This document shows positions 29,013-39,031 of a DNA stretch of 64,000 bases, in pieces (position 1 is the first letter of the stretch; every line of letters starts with the position of its first letter). Source of the DNA: Sphingobacteriales bacterium (GTDB lineage Bacteria > Bacteroidota > Bacteroidia > Chitinophagales > Chitinophagaceae); the NCBI GenBank assembly GCA_027491165.1, contig JAIXWS010000089.1, positions 1,071-65,070 of the forward strand. Direction: 5' to 3'. Under the pieces are notes generated by a model. It searched no databases. It was not told the DNA's origin and saw only the letters and a program-made list of their open reading frames with translations. Both the position numbers and the translations under genes were made by a program.

Positions 29013-30431
29013 TTACCTCCATTCAAGTTGGTCAACCTTATATCGTGTAAGGGTATCGATTCGGAAGTACTTTTTGTTTATTTTTTCTAGCTTCAATATT
29101 CCAAAGGGTTCTATCATTACATCCTTGGCTATCTCTTTGATTTTTCGATGTTGATACTCTTCTTGAGACATTAGAATGGCCGTGACAGAGGGTTTTTTGT
29201 CTGTCAAATTACTCAGTAGCAAAGTTTCAATGGGTAAGGCCCAACTCATCATTAATCGATCATCTAAAAGGGCATTTCTGTTGGTGTACACAATTTTTGT
29301 TTCCTGATTGTTTTGGTGTTGTGAAACCACAGATTTTAATTCTTGAAGATGTTTTTCGAATGGACTAGCAGCTATTGCTATGGCGTAGAGTCTTATACTA
29401 AAGATTCCTAGCAATAAGGCAAAACTGATCTTGTGATGAAGTGCTGGCAGCACAATGCGTGCAAATGCAAAGCAAGCAATGATACTTATACTCATCCATT
29501 CGCTTTCAATATAAAAATGAATGGTTTTATCGGGATAGGTCAAGCAAATACTGATAAAAAATAGCATTAAATAAAGAGTGGTCCAGAGGGCAAGGACTAC
29601 TTTTTTTGAAGCAATAAGAATAAAATAGCTTGTCAAGACAATTAAGGTCATTTGCCAGTATTGATAGATCAAATGATGTACAAATTCTTTTGCAGTATAA
29701 GACCTGATCGCCGAGGTTATTTTGCTCCAATTAGCAGATTGGATATTGGAAATTTTTTCACCGTCATACCATCCCCTTTGGCTGCTGTATAACTTTATAC
29801 TTAAAATGATTATAAGAATGAGCGTATAGAACCAAAAGTGCTTATTCCTAACCCACACCTCTTTCTGTTCTAAATAAAGAAAGCCCCACAAAAAGCTAGC
29901 GCTAAATAGAATTAATGGATGGGTAAAAATGGCGAGGACTGCAAGTAGGGTAAATGAGGCATAGGTAAACAACTTATTACTTTTTATAGTTTCATGGTGC
30001 ATGGTGCTACCCAAAAAAATCATTAACCAAGCTACTGCCTGATGCACTTCATTATTGGTCCAATAATAGGCACTTGTGCAACATATGGTATAATAAAAGC
30101 CCAATAATATGGATAAGCTGTATTGTTTGATCCAATGTAAATAAAGGGCAGTGCATAAATAGAAAATAGAAAAGCTTATACTATATAAGAGTAGTATGGT
30201 AGACAAAGACAAGCCAAGATAAGTGCCTATAAGTGGAAAAATTTGCGAGATAAAAGCACCATAGCGGTGCTCTATTATAAATAGTTCTTTTTTGTTGATG
30301 ATGTTATACAGCACCCAAGCTGCATCTGAAAAAATTATACGCTCTTGATAGTATAATATGGCCCCTAAAAGCAAGCAGAAAAGCGTCGCAATGCTCATTT
30401 TACTACCCATTTTTAGGTTCTGTTCCATCAT
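29013..30431 (-). CDS. hypothetical polytopic membrane protein with a soluble C-terminal domain
   Basis: 472-aa ORF with about 10 hydrophobic helices and then a ~110-aa hydrophilic tail. No motif recognised. Start uncertain (Met at codons 1, 2, 8 and 12). Confidence 0.6.
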   Translation of the reverse strand: MMEQNLKMGSKMSIATLFCLLLGAILYYQERIIFSDAAWVLYNIINKKELFIIEHRYGAFISQIFPLIGTYLGLSLSTILLLYSISFSIFYLCTALYLHWIKQYSLSILLGFYYTICCTSAYYWTNNEVHQAVAWLMIFLGSTMHHETIKSNKLFTYASFTLLAVLAIFTHPLILFSASFLWGFLYLEQKEVWVRNKHFWFYTLILIIILSIKLYSSQRGWYDGEKISNIQSANWSKITSAIRSYTAKEFVHHLIYQYWQMTLIVLTSYFILIASKKVVLALWTTLYLMLFFISICLTYPDKTIHFYIESEWMSISIIACFAFARIVLPALHHKISFALLLGIFSIRLYAIAIAASPFEKHLQELKSVVSQHQNNQETKIVYTNRNALLDDRLMMSWALPIETLLLSNLTDKKPSVTAILMSQEEYQHRKIKEIAKDVMIEPFGILKLEKINKKYFRIDTLTRYKVDQLEWR

Positions 30432-30498
30432 AAAGACTAAATTAAAAAAACTTTCAGATTTAATGCAATCTATTTTTTGAAATTGTCAATTAAAGCCT

Positions 30499-30506
30499 TA
30501 CTTTTG
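30499..30506 (+). promoter_or_regulatory. -7 promoter box (TActTTTG) upstream of rpmH
   Basis: tacttttgcaatcc lies 59 nt upstream of the rpmH ATG. Confidence 0.5.
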
Positions 30507-30564
30507 CAATCCGATTTTTAAAATTAATTCAGCCCTATTAAAATAAGGGCATAAATAAAAGCTT

Positions 30565-30720
30565 ATGAAACGTACATACCAACCCAGTCGTCGTAGTCGT
30601 AAATCAGTTCATGGTTTTCGCAAACGTATGGAATCTGCAAATGGCCGCAAAGTATTAGCATCTCGCCGTGCAAAAGGACGTAAAAGATTGACTGTTTCTG
30701 ACAAGAAATTAGCTAAGTAA
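30565..30720 (+). CDS. rpmH: 50S ribosomal protein L34
   Basis: Not in the ORF track because it is under 60 aa. Translates to [51 protein letters not shown], the canonical L34 sequence. Confidence 0.95.
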   Translation: MKRTYQPSRRSRKSVHGFRKRMESANGRKVLASRRAKGRKRLTVSDKKLAK

Positions 30721-30742
30721 TTTTTTATTTAAATTTTCTGCC

Positions 30743-31147
30743 ATTCGCTACACTTTTACAGTTCACGAGCGGCTAAAACGAGAGCAACACATTAAAACGC
30801 TTTTCCAAACAGGGAAAGCGTTTTCTTCATTTCCGCTCAAGTGTATTTGGCTGCAATTGCCACGTGGCATTAACTTTTCGCCCGTGAGAATAGGTGTGTC
30901 TGTACCCAAAAAAAGAACGGCACTTGCCGTACATCGCAATCGAGTAAAAAGATTAGTACACGAGGCATGGCGTTTGCACAAACATCATTTATACTCGGCT
31001 GTCCCTGCTGATGCACAGCTGCATCTGTTCTTTATTTTTACAGGCCAACCTAATCCCGATTTTAAGACCATTGAGCAAGCTGTACTTCAATCTATTGAAA
31101 TACTGAGTAAGCACTTTCCAACAATCCCTCGCGAAGACAATGCGTAG
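30743..31147 (+). CDS. rnpA: ribonuclease P protein component (start codon uncertain, possibly non-canonical)
   Basis: The in-frame translation from 30743 reads [36 protein letters not shown]...[16 protein letters not shown] (RNR motif). The track ORF begins only at the TTG at 30857, which would remove the conserved N-terminus. Confidence 0.8.
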   Translation: MRYTFTVHERLKREQHIKTLFQTGKAFSSFPLKCIWLQLPRGINFSPVRIGVSVPKKRTALAVHRNRVKRLVHEAWRLHKHHLYSAVPADAQLHLFFIFTGQPNPDFKTIEQAVLQSIEILSKHFPTIPREDNA

Positions 31148-31361
31148 TTTTTGTAGCTTTTTATTTTTAGGTTTTATTAGATTATACCAACAAGGCATAT
31201 CTCCTTTAATAGGTGCAAGTTGTCGTTATACCCCCACATGCAGTGCTTATGGTGCTGAAGCTATTAAGAAATATGGTCCCTTTAAAGGTGGTTGGATGGC
31301 CTTAAAGCGTATTGGCTCATGTCATCCCTGGGGCAAAAGTGGTTACGACCCAGTACCCTAG
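31140..31361 (+). CDS. yidD: membrane protein insertion efficiency factor YidD
   Basis: [49 protein letters not shown]. Overlaps the rnpA stop by 8 nt. Confidence 0.92.
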   Translation: MRSFCSFLFLGFIRLYQQGISPLIGASCRYTPTCSAYGAEAIKKYGPFKGGWMALKRIGSCHPWGKSGYDPVP

Positions 31362-33292
31362 AATGAGGCATTAAGGCCCATAGCCCAATTACCCAAGGGC
31401 ATGGGGCGAAGATTCACTACTTGATACTTTTCGTTCCAAAGATTATTGCATTGAATATTTATTTGCAGCTTTATTTTTTGTAGACCCAGGTCGTAGGCAG
31501 CGAAGAGATTTCCTGTATAATAGGGCGCTAGATATTGTGATTCGTCGGTGGTGACAAATCGATATCCAGTGTAGCTATGGTTATACTTACAGGAAATCTT
31601 TTTATAGCCAAAACCCACAAGTGCTTGACCATTATACCGTGGTGAATAAGGAATTTGCTTGCCAATACTGCCATCATTAGCTTGATAACTTTCGATTGTC
31701 GTGGCCAAAACAAAGGAACTATTCAGTCCCAAATGTGCTTGCCAGACTCCAGATTTCCAATGTAAAGAGTTAAAGCTTTCTATGCCCCTGCTATGCACTT
31801 TCGCAATATTATGGGGTGTCCAGATAGAGCCTCCATACCACAATATCCAATCCTGGATATTTCGGTTAAACATACTTAGGTCATGTTTCAACAGCATCTT
31901 GTTCTTTAGGGGCATTGCGAGTTCATAGCCAGCATCCGCATTCCAGCCTTTTTCGGGTTTTAAATTTACGTTGCCACCAGGCTGAAAGTACCATTCATTT
32001 AGAGTTGGTGCACGATAGCTTTTTTGCAGGTTAGCCCTTAGCTGAACATATGGATGAACAGCAAATCGTGCATTGGTCCCTATTAAAAAAATGTTTGTCG
32101 CATTGATGGTTTCAAAACGAGCATTCAAGGCATAGTGTACTTTTTCTTTTAGTGCTTTAATGCTATACGCTGCAGCAAGAGCAAACCTATTTTGATAGCG
32201 TGTTATAGTATCTAAATTAGCTTGCATCCATGCAATAGTAATGGGTGCAAAAATTAAAACTTCTTGCTGGTGCCGCATAGCTTTTTTCCATCCAAATTCT
32301 TGGTAAAATTGTTGGGTTTTGTTTTGGGTACGCATCAATATCGAAACATCCTCGTAGTGCATGTCCTCTTTTATATAGGCTGTCTTTGTATACCATTTTA
32401 TTGAAGAGCTATACTCTTTTTCAAAACCAAGAAAAATCCGCAAGGCTTTGTCTGTTTGGTTTTTCACAGAATATTGTTCGAATAAGGCTGGTGGAATTTC
32501 GCGGTGGAATTGCTGATGCCAGATAGAGAATCGCACTGATGTTTGTTGATCTATTTTATAACCAATATTCATCAGTACACTGCTGCTATGGAGTACGGCA
32601 TTGTTCATTTTTTTCCAAATATTTTGTTCAGGCTGGTATTTAAAATCATTATCAGCTTGTTGTTGCATTAATTTTGCAGATAAGAACCATTTTTTACTAG
32701 CATATTGTTGTTGAAAGCTCCATTTTCTTTGACCAAAGCTGCCTAGCTCAGCCCCCAATTTGCTATTCCATTTTTTACTGTTGACTGGCTTTTCAAAATG
32801 ATTATCCAAAAGCAATGCTGCTCCGACATTCCCTGTTCCGAGTAGAGAAGAGGAGCCTCCATACGCAATTTGAATTTGATCAAAATTACCCACACTTAGG
32901 GTTGATACATCTGTAATGCCTGATGAGGCGCTGTTGAGCGGAATGCCATTCCAGATCACTTGCGACTGTGCTGCAGAGGATCCTCGAAAGTTTAGCGTGG
33001 CCATACTGTTGATGCCATAAGATTTGATGAATACGGGTACTTGCTGGCTCAATAATACACCTAAACTATGTTGTTGGTATTGTGCTATTAATTCTGAATC
33101 AATAGCAAGTATTTTCATTCCTGATGCAAATGATTTTAATCGACCATCTTGGCTAATACCGCTCGTTTTTTTGTGTCTAATTTTTACTTCTTGTAGATTT
33201 TTTTCTTGTGCTATTGATATCGAGGGTATAGCCAAGAGCGATAAGATTATAGCAACTCTTGCAACAAAAAGATATGTTGTTAATTGTTTCAA
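31358..33292 (-). CDS. TonB-dependent receptor, BtuB-like (last gene of the cobalamin-riboswitch operon)
   Basis: Signal peptide. Plug domain ([23 protein letters not shown]). Barrel ending in a terminal Phe. Operon context is downstream of a B12 riboswitch. Confidence 0.85.
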   Translation of the reverse strand: MKQLTTYLFVARVAIILSLLAIPSISIAQEKNLQEVKIRHKKTSGISQDGRLKSFASGMKILAIDSELIAQYQQHSLGVLLSQQVPVFIKSYGINSMATLNFRGSSAAQSQVIWNGIPLNSASSGITDVSTLSVGNFDQIQIAYGGSSSLLGTGNVGAALLLDNHFEKPVNSKKWNSKLGAELGSFGQRKWSFQQQYASKKWFLSAKLMQQQADNDFKYQPEQNIWKKMNNAVLHSSSVLMNIGYKIDQQTSVRFSIWHQQFHREIPPALFEQYSVKNQTDKALRIFLGFEKEYSSSIKWYTKTAYIKEDMHYEDVSILMRTQNKTQQFYQEFGWKKAMRHQQEVLIFAPITIAWMQANLDTITRYQNRFALAAAYSIKALKEKVHYALNARFETINATNIFLIGTNARFAVHPYVQLRANLQKSYRAPTLNEWYFQPGGNVNLKPEKGWNADAGYELAMPLKNKMLLKHDLSMFNRNIQDWILWYGGSIWTPHNIAKVHSRGIESFNSLHWKSGVWQAHLGLNSSFVLATTIESYQANDGSIGKQIPYSPRYNGQALVGFGYKKISCKYNHSYTGYRFVTTDESQYLAPYYTGNLFAAYDLGLQKIKLQINIQCNNLWNEKYQVVNLRPMPLGNWAMGLNASF

Positions 33293-34372
33293 CTAATCGA
33301 AATAAAATGAGCCAACGCCCAAGCCTACATTGAATTGGCTTTTCAATTGTGCTTGTTGGTTATAGATATAAACACTGCTTTTTTGGACAAAACCCTTAGG
33401 GTCGCCAATGTACAAGTGGCCATCATTCGGATTGATGCCTAATGCCCAAAAATATTGATTTGTTTGACAGGAAATAAAAGCTGCAGAGGGGAGTTTTTTA
33501 TCGCTTACAGACATTCTATAAACCCCATTGTGCGGAGCAGAACCCCCATAATTTACTTCTAGAAAATAGAGTGTATCTGCTTTTAAATTCAAGGTAGGCT
33601 TTAGGGCTTCTACACCTTTGTCAAATAAAAAGAATTGACTTACTTTCTGGGTCGACAGGTCAATTCTATTGAGGTGTGCATTTTTGTTTTTGTAAACATT
33701 CCCTCCCATTACCCAGAGTTGATTTTCTTTGTCTATTACCATACTTTGGGGTGCATTACCTTTCAATACAATACTATCACTAATGCTGTGTGTAATAACA
33801 TTGATGGCATAGAGTTTATTGCATGCCGTATCCCAACAACAAGCATAGGCGATTCCATTCTTTAATATCATGCCTTCTGTATTTTGATAGGGCATGATGA
33901 TTTCTTTTTCTATGGTATATGTTTGTGTATTGAGTACATAAATTTTGTTATTGAATAGCGATCCAACATAAGCTTTGTTGTTGCCAATATCAAGTATGTA
34001 ACGGGGTTTTAGGATATTAATGTTTGCCTTTTGTTTCCAATTATTGGCATCCAGTACTACTATTTTATCTGAGTTGTTGATACATAAGAAATACTGATTG
34101 TTGATTTTGTTTATGCTTTGAAATACATCTCCTAAATCTTGTCCATTGGCATTTTTATATACGTCATTGAATAGGCTGTCTTTAAGGGCTTGGTATACAC
34201 TCAATGTTGCATTTCCGTTGCCCAGACTTCCCTCACAGACAATCAATACTTTTGCGCTACTATCTTTTGGGAGGCTGGTATTCACAGCATTGGGCTTGTC
34301 TTTTTTGCATGAAAAAAAGACAAAGCCAAGGCATAATAAGCTAATTATATTTTGGAAAATTTGCCGATGCAT
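33293..34372 (-). CDS. lipoprotein, predicted beta-propeller (YncE/DUF5074-like), B12 operon member
   Basis: Lipobox FVFFSC. Repeated ~45-aa blades with hydrophobic-strand periodicity (VLDANN, VLNTQT, YAINVIT, LWVMGG, LYFLEVN, LYIGDP). Confidence 0.7.
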   Translation of the reverse strand: MHRQIFQNIISLLCLGFVFFSCKKDKPNAVNTSLPKDSSAKVLIVCEGSLGNGNATLSVYQALKDSLFNDVYKNANGQDLGDVFQSINKINNQYFLCINNSDKIVVLDANNWKQKANINILKPRYILDIGNNKAYVGSLFNNKIYVLNTQTYTIEKEIIMPYQNTEGMILKNGIAYACCWDTACNKLYAINVITHSISDSIVLKGNAPQSMVIDKENQLWVMGGNVYKNKNAHLNRIDLSTQKVSQFFLFDKGVEALKPTLNLKADTLYFLEVNYGGSAPHNGVYRMSVSDKKLPSAAFISCQTNQYFWALGINPNDGHLYIGDPKGFVQKSSVYIYNQQAQLKSQFNVGLGVGSFYFD

Positions 34373-35343
34373 TGCTGCGTATGTGCTGAAATAATACTGA
34401 TGAAATACAGGCCAGATTGCAAGGAAGAAATATCTATTTCATTATACAAGCCCGCTTTTTGACTACTTAATTTTTTGCCGCAGACATCGCTAATGATGAT
34501 AGCGTAGTTTTCATTTTCTTCAATTGTTAAATCAATAAAAATTTTGTCTGTAGCAGGGTTTGGATACATTTTTGTTTTGGGGATTTCTATTTTCGATATG
34601 CTTGCTTCCTTTATGTTAATCGCGCCAATAGCATCCAAATCGAATCCACCTGTTGGAAAAGGCGTAGGGTATGGGTCGTTTATTTTCTGACCATTTTTGT
34701 CTACGTTCTGAAAGCCATTTATAGCACCTATTACATCAACAACACGTACATGGCTAATGTTGTTGATATCTAATCCTACAGTGCCTTTCAAGTTTTCTAA
34801 ATCAAAGGGTGTGCCATATGATGCAACATATTTTCCGGCAAGATTATCGATATAGCGTGCATTCATGTATTCGCCCGATCCTGCTATTTGTACCGTTGAT
34901 AAGGTGTTTGAGGTAGCAGGAAATCTATAAAAATGTAGCCCATCTGAGCTTACCTCTACAAATGCTAATTCTAAAAAGGCTTCTTCAAGATTTGCTGGAT
35001 GTTGAAATCCATTTTCAAAAACAGCAAAGTCTGCACCAACACCATTGTAGATTGCTGGTGAAAAAAATAGTGTTGCCACACCACTATCGCCAAGGCTTAT
35101 CACCTCAGCATCAGCTAATCCCAAAGCATTGGTATGATCACCCACGCTGGTTATGCCTAGAGATTTATTTGCAATGTCCAAATAGCCTCTTTCTATGCTG
35201 CAATTTTTTGCCCAAGATTTGAAGGCTGCACTCGTTTTGTGAATACCTGTACTGCCCAAAATGCCTACCTGAGGGGCAAATTGTGCTTTTGCAATTTCAG
35301 AAGTGCCTAGTAACAAAAAGAAAAAAATGAAGTCACGCATCAT
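34345..35343 (-). CDS. secreted cell-surface protein with a T9SS type-A C-terminal sorting domain, B12 operon member
   Basis: Signal peptide. The C-terminal ~80 aa read MYPNPATDKIFIDL...LQSGLYFISI, a Por/T9SS CTD pattern. Confidence 0.75.
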   Translation of the reverse strand: MMRDFIFFFLLLGTSEIAKAQFAPQVGILGSTGIHKTSAAFKSWAKNCSIERGYLDIANKSLGITSVGDHTNALGLADAEVISLGDSGVATLFFSPAIYNGVGADFAVFENGFQHPANLEEAFLELAFVEVSSDGLHFYRFPATSNTLSTVQIAGSGEYMNARYIDNLAGKYVASYGTPFDLENLKGTVGLDINNISHVRVVDVIGAINGFQNVDKNGQKINDPYPTPFPTGGFDLDAIGAINIKEASISKIEIPKTKMYPNPATDKIFIDLTIEENENYAIIISDVCGKKLSSQKAGLYNEIDISSLQSGLYFISIISAHTQQCIGKFSKI

Positions 35344-36320
35344 TATTGTTTTATAAATCGTGCACGGGTTGTTTGTAGGCCATTATGGATAGAAAGATGA
35401 TACACACCAGGGGCATATGGCGCAATATCTATAGCCACTTCTTTTGTCATTTCGAATTGAGCAATGGTTCTTCCTAAAAAATCACTGATGATAACTTGTT
35501 GCGTTGCAGCAAGAGGAGTGCTGATGAAAAGCACCTCTGATGCTGGATTGGGGTAAATTTTAAAATCTGTTTGGGTGTTTTGCTTGGCGATAGAAAGTCC
35601 TGTTTCGTTGGTCATGAAATTGTCGATACAAAAGTAGGCGGGTGTGTTCATGCCAAATGTTCCATTGTCGCTCGATTGAAGACGAAATTCTAAACTATCG
35701 ATTTTGCCCAGCTTTGCAAGGTCCAGCCACTGCCAATCTTTCACGATATAATTTTTATTGCTATCGCTAAATCTAAAGTCAGCCAAATAGAAGCTAACCG
35801 AATCACTGGTTTTTAATCCGCTGCGATAGCCAAAAACATCAAGGCGGAAATAATCCTTGTCTGCTGCTTTGAATTTTTTAGCAAAGGCATCGCCATCGCG
35901 CATACTGTTGTAGGCGTAGGTGCTATTAGTAATATACATACCCAGCATGGCTTTTCCCATTGCAGCGCCTGTTAATTTGATTTTATTGAAATTTCCGTAA
36001 GACACTACATAATTATTAGATCCGGCAAAACCCTTTGCTGTTTTGGCTGAATATTGGTTTAAATAACCACTGGTAATGCTGTCTTTCATATTTGAATAAG
36101 CAAAACCGCTTGACCAATAGGTACCCCCCCCAGAAGTATCATATACGCAAGGGAAATAGGCTAGCCCATCTGCAAAACCTACATCAGTACCGGGTTTGGA
36201 AAAATTGACATAGGCAGTGTCTGCCTTGGGTAAAGTTAGTGACTCGAAAGTGGCTGTGCTTTGGGCATTTGACGATAAAACTGTTGTTACAACAGCAAGA
36301 GACAGTAATAATTTGCGCAT
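35343..36320 (-). CDS. DUF4465-like surface protein with a T9SS type-A C-terminal sorting domain, first gene of the B12 operon
   Basis: Signal peptide. YWSGFAYSN and FCIDNF blocks that I associate with DUF4465. C-terminal IYPNPASEVLFI...APGVYHLSI T9SS CTD. Confidence 0.78.
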   Translation of the reverse strand: MRKLLLSLAVVTTVLSSNAQSTATFESLTLPKADTAYVNFSKPGTDVGFADGLAYFPCVYDTSGGGTYWSSGFAYSNMKDSITSGYLNQYSAKTAKGFAGSNNYVVSYGNFNKIKLTGAAMGKAMLGMYITNSTYAYNSMRDGDAFAKKFKAADKDYFRLDVFGYRSGLKTSDSVSFYLADFRFSDSNKNYIVKDWQWLDLAKLGKIDSLEFRLQSSDNGTFGMNTPAYFCIDNFMTNETGLSIAKQNTQTDFKIYPNPASEVLFISTPLAATQQVIISDFLGRTIAQFEMTKEVAIDIAPYAPGVYHLSIHNGLQTTRARFIKQ

Positions 36321-36467
36321 CGCGTTTGTTGGTTTTTAAAAAAATGAAAAACAAAACACCGAAGGGAACAATAATTACAAGTAAAGGAACATACAGCTGT
36401 CTGTATACAGATAGCTCCACCTTCATCACCTGCGCTTTTATTTCCCGAAAGCAGTGATCTTTAAATA

Positions 36468-36648
36468 GCTTGGGTAGGTCTTCTGACTTGTTTCACTTTT
36501 GCACCTTCCCATCTTTTTTATTGTAAAAAGGACAGTGGTCTTTTGCAAAAAGCTCTTAAAACGAAACTTACAGCATCGGGTAATGTTCAGGATTTGCACC
36601 TGATTCCCTTTTAATTCCTTCTTTTTTTCAAAAGAGGAAACCTAAGCG
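36468..36648 (-). promoter_or_regulatory. cobalamin (B12) riboswitch
   Basis: The minus strand reads UUAAAAGGGAAUCAGGUGCAAAUCCUGAACAUUACCCGAUGCUGUAAG (plus coordinates 36568-36614). The B12 box AAGUCAGAAGACCUACCCA is at plus coordinates 36472-36489. The element ends about 150 nt upstream of the ATG at 36320. Confidence 0.87.
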
Positions 36649-36776
36649 AGTGCGAAGATAAGGGGAAAATTACTCCCAATGTGTGGATGGTATCAAATTT
36701 GTTACCAATTATTTAAGCATCAACAGCCATTCTATTTCTGTAAATTTGCTTTAAGTATTACTTTTAAAATTAAGAA

Positions 36777-38987
36777 ATGACTTTTAAATACAGAATCCTA
36801 TTATTCGCTTTGTTTTTTTGTGTCAGCAATCAATTTGTTTTGGCGCAAAAAAATGACAGTAAAAATGATAAGAAGGAAGTTTCGGTATATGGCTTAGATA
36901 CCTTAATCCATCCCGTGCCCATGCAGCGCAGTTTGTTTTTTGACAAAGTGAGTAAACAACAAAAGCGTGCAGACTTATCAGATGGCGTTGCTGATGATTT
37001 TATTCGGATTGCCGAAGATGAAGAAGCTAGTAAGATGCTCAGTAATAGCTTGCTTAAAGAGGTGGGGCGTATTCAAATTATGATTGAAAATTTGCCAATC
37101 GCCGATAAATTTTCTGAGAATCAAACTAAGATCGCCTATCATCGTGCCCTCGAAAACGTATTGGTGCAGTTTAATAATGAAACTCGCCAGGCACCAATTT
37201 ATTACAAACGATTGGTAACTAATTTTAAGCAAATGGTGATAGCCAAATTTGAAGGCAAAATCAACGAATTTGTGAGAGATAATGTCAATGTATATTCACT
37301 CGCCAATAGCCCATTGCTAAGCGATGCCGATAAAGACTTTTTATGCCAAGAAATCAGTAAACAAGACCCCAAGTTGCTGATCAAAAAATTGCCTGAATTT
37401 GCCAGCAAACCTTGTGCTGATGTATTACTTGCTGCTGCCGCTAAAATAATGCCCGATGAGGTTTTTAACTATGCGGCTTCGACTAATGTGGGTATTATTA
37501 ATGCTTTTAATAGGAATACGGATCCTTTAGTCAAAACTATTGTGCGCATAGTACGGGAATCAAAGACGCCTTTAAAAGCCAAATCCTTTTTAAATGATAT
37601 CCATAGCGGTAAAATGACCATTGCTGAGGCTGATCAAATTACGGACAACCAAGATTTATTTTTCAAAAACCTTGTACGCCTCAAAATGGAGAAGCAAACT
37701 CTGGGGGGTAGTAGTGTTGATGGTGAATTGGAATATCGAGCCTTGAGAGATTATGTACGTATTATGGATGAACTGCACGATAAGCCTGAAGCCGTTCGTT
37801 TTAAGTGTATTGAAGCCTTGAGTCCTGAAGCTATTTATTACATCATTGTGTATGGCCAAGAAGAAATTTATACCAGTTCTTTCACAGGTGCTTTTAAGCG
37901 CATGATGGAAAAAATGAAACCTTTAGCAGGAGATGAATTTTTGGAAAAGCTACATTACGACAAGTTTCGTACGTTTATTCGCATGAGTGCTGGCTTTAGT
38001 CGTTTAGACCAATTTTTAGCCACATTCGCTGAAGATAAAAAGCAAACCTTAATGAGAGATTTTGTTGCCAACTTGGGTAAGGGCAAAGATGATGAATTGG
38101 AAGATGCGGTCGATGTAGCGGATGCTTTTGGCAGCATTGAAGATTCTGTATTAATTGAATTTTTGCGTGCAGAAGTGAAAGATAATTACGAGAAATCTTA
38201 CCAGCAAAGAAGTAAGAAGGGATTGAAAGTATATGCACTTTTGTCTACTTTGTTTGAGAGTGCAAAAGATAGCCTAACAGAAGAAGAAGCTGCAGAGCGG
38301 TCTGAACAATTGCGTTTGCCTTCCATTAATTTAGTGCCTTATGCCAACCTTCTTGATGATGATAGCGCAGTTGTAGAGCAGTTCTTTTTTTATGGCGATG
38401 AAGATGGGAAAATGTCTTACACTAGTTTTCTGAGTAATTTCAAAGGGCCAAAATGGAAAATGACAACCACTAAATATTGGGTGAATATTACGGCTACCTC
38501 TGGAAAAAAAATAAACGTTTTTGCAAACTTACCTCTTGCCGAACCCGAAGACGAAGAAGCTCAAAAGGCTTTGAATAAACATCTCGATGACAATAACATT
38601 CATCCCGCAGTACTCATTCATCGAGGTCATAGCTACCATTTGCCCACTACCTTAGAGCGATTAAGTAATCGTACAAAAGTGGTGGTATTGGGATCTTGTG
38701 GAGGCTACCACAACCTATCAACTATTTTAAACAATTCGCCCGAAGCACAAATTATATCTACCAAACAAACAGGTACAATGGCAGTAAATGAGCCTATTTT
38801 ACGGGCACTCAATGATAATCTTAATGATGGGGTAGATGTCAATTGGGTAAATATGTGGAAACGATTGAGTGGAGAATTTAAAGGCAAAACTTCAGAGTCT
38901 TTATTTAAAGATTATGTACCGCCGCACAAAAATTTGGGTGCTATTTTTATTAAGGCTTATCGTCGACTAGATGCAGACAATGGATAA
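36777..38987 (+). CDS. large secreted hypothetical protein with a C-terminal His/Cys dyad-like alpha/beta module
   Basis: 736-aa ORF with a signal peptide (LFFCVSNQFVLAQ). A mostly helical body. The C-terminus has AVLIHRGHS (His615, nt 38619) and VVVLGSCGG (Cys641, nt 38697). Confidence 0.7.
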   Translation: MTFKYRILLFALFFCVSNQFVLAQKNDSKNDKKEVSVYGLDTLIHPVPMQRSLFFDKVSKQQKRADLSDGVADDFIRIAEDEEASKMLSNSLLKEVGRIQIMIENLPIADKFSENQTKIAYHRALENVLVQFNNETRQAPIYYKRLVTNFKQMVIAKFEGKINEFVRDNVNVYSLANSPLLSDADKDFLCQEISKQDPKLLIKKLPEFASKPCADVLLAAAAKIMPDEVFNYAASTNVGIINAFNRNTDPLVKTIVRIVRESKTPLKAKSFLNDIHSGKMTIAEADQITDNQDLFFKNLVRLKMEKQTLGGSSVDGELEYRALRDYVRIMDELHDKPEAVRFKCIEALSPEAIYYIIVYGQEEIYTSSFTGAFKRMMEKMKPLAGDEFLEKLHYDKFRTFIRMSAGFSRLDQFLATFAEDKKQTLMRDFVANLGKGKDDELEDAVDVADAFGSIEDSVLIEFLRAEVKDNYEKSYQQRSKKGLKVYALLSTLFESAKDSLTEEEAAERSEQLRLPSINLVPYANLLDDDSAVVEQFFFYGDEDGKMSYTSFLSNFKGPKWKMTTTKYWVNITATSGKKINVFANLPLAEPEDEEAQKALNKHLDDNNIHPAVLIHRGHSYHLPTTLERLSNRTKVVVLGSCGGYHNLSTILNNSPEAQIISTKQTGTMAVNEPILRALNDNLNDGVDVNWVNMWKRLSGEFKGKTSESLFKDYVPPHKNLGAIFIKAYRRLDADNG

Positions 38988-39031
38988 TTGCCTAGTGATT
39001 TTTTTATTTTAGTGAGTTTAAACCAAATGGA

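Noticed and set aside
36184-36457. Two short ORFs (81 aa on the minus strand, 72 aa on the plus strand) upstream of the B12 operon
   Set aside because: They overlap the riboswitch expression platform and the start of the DUF4465-like gene. The region is better explained as a 5' UTR.
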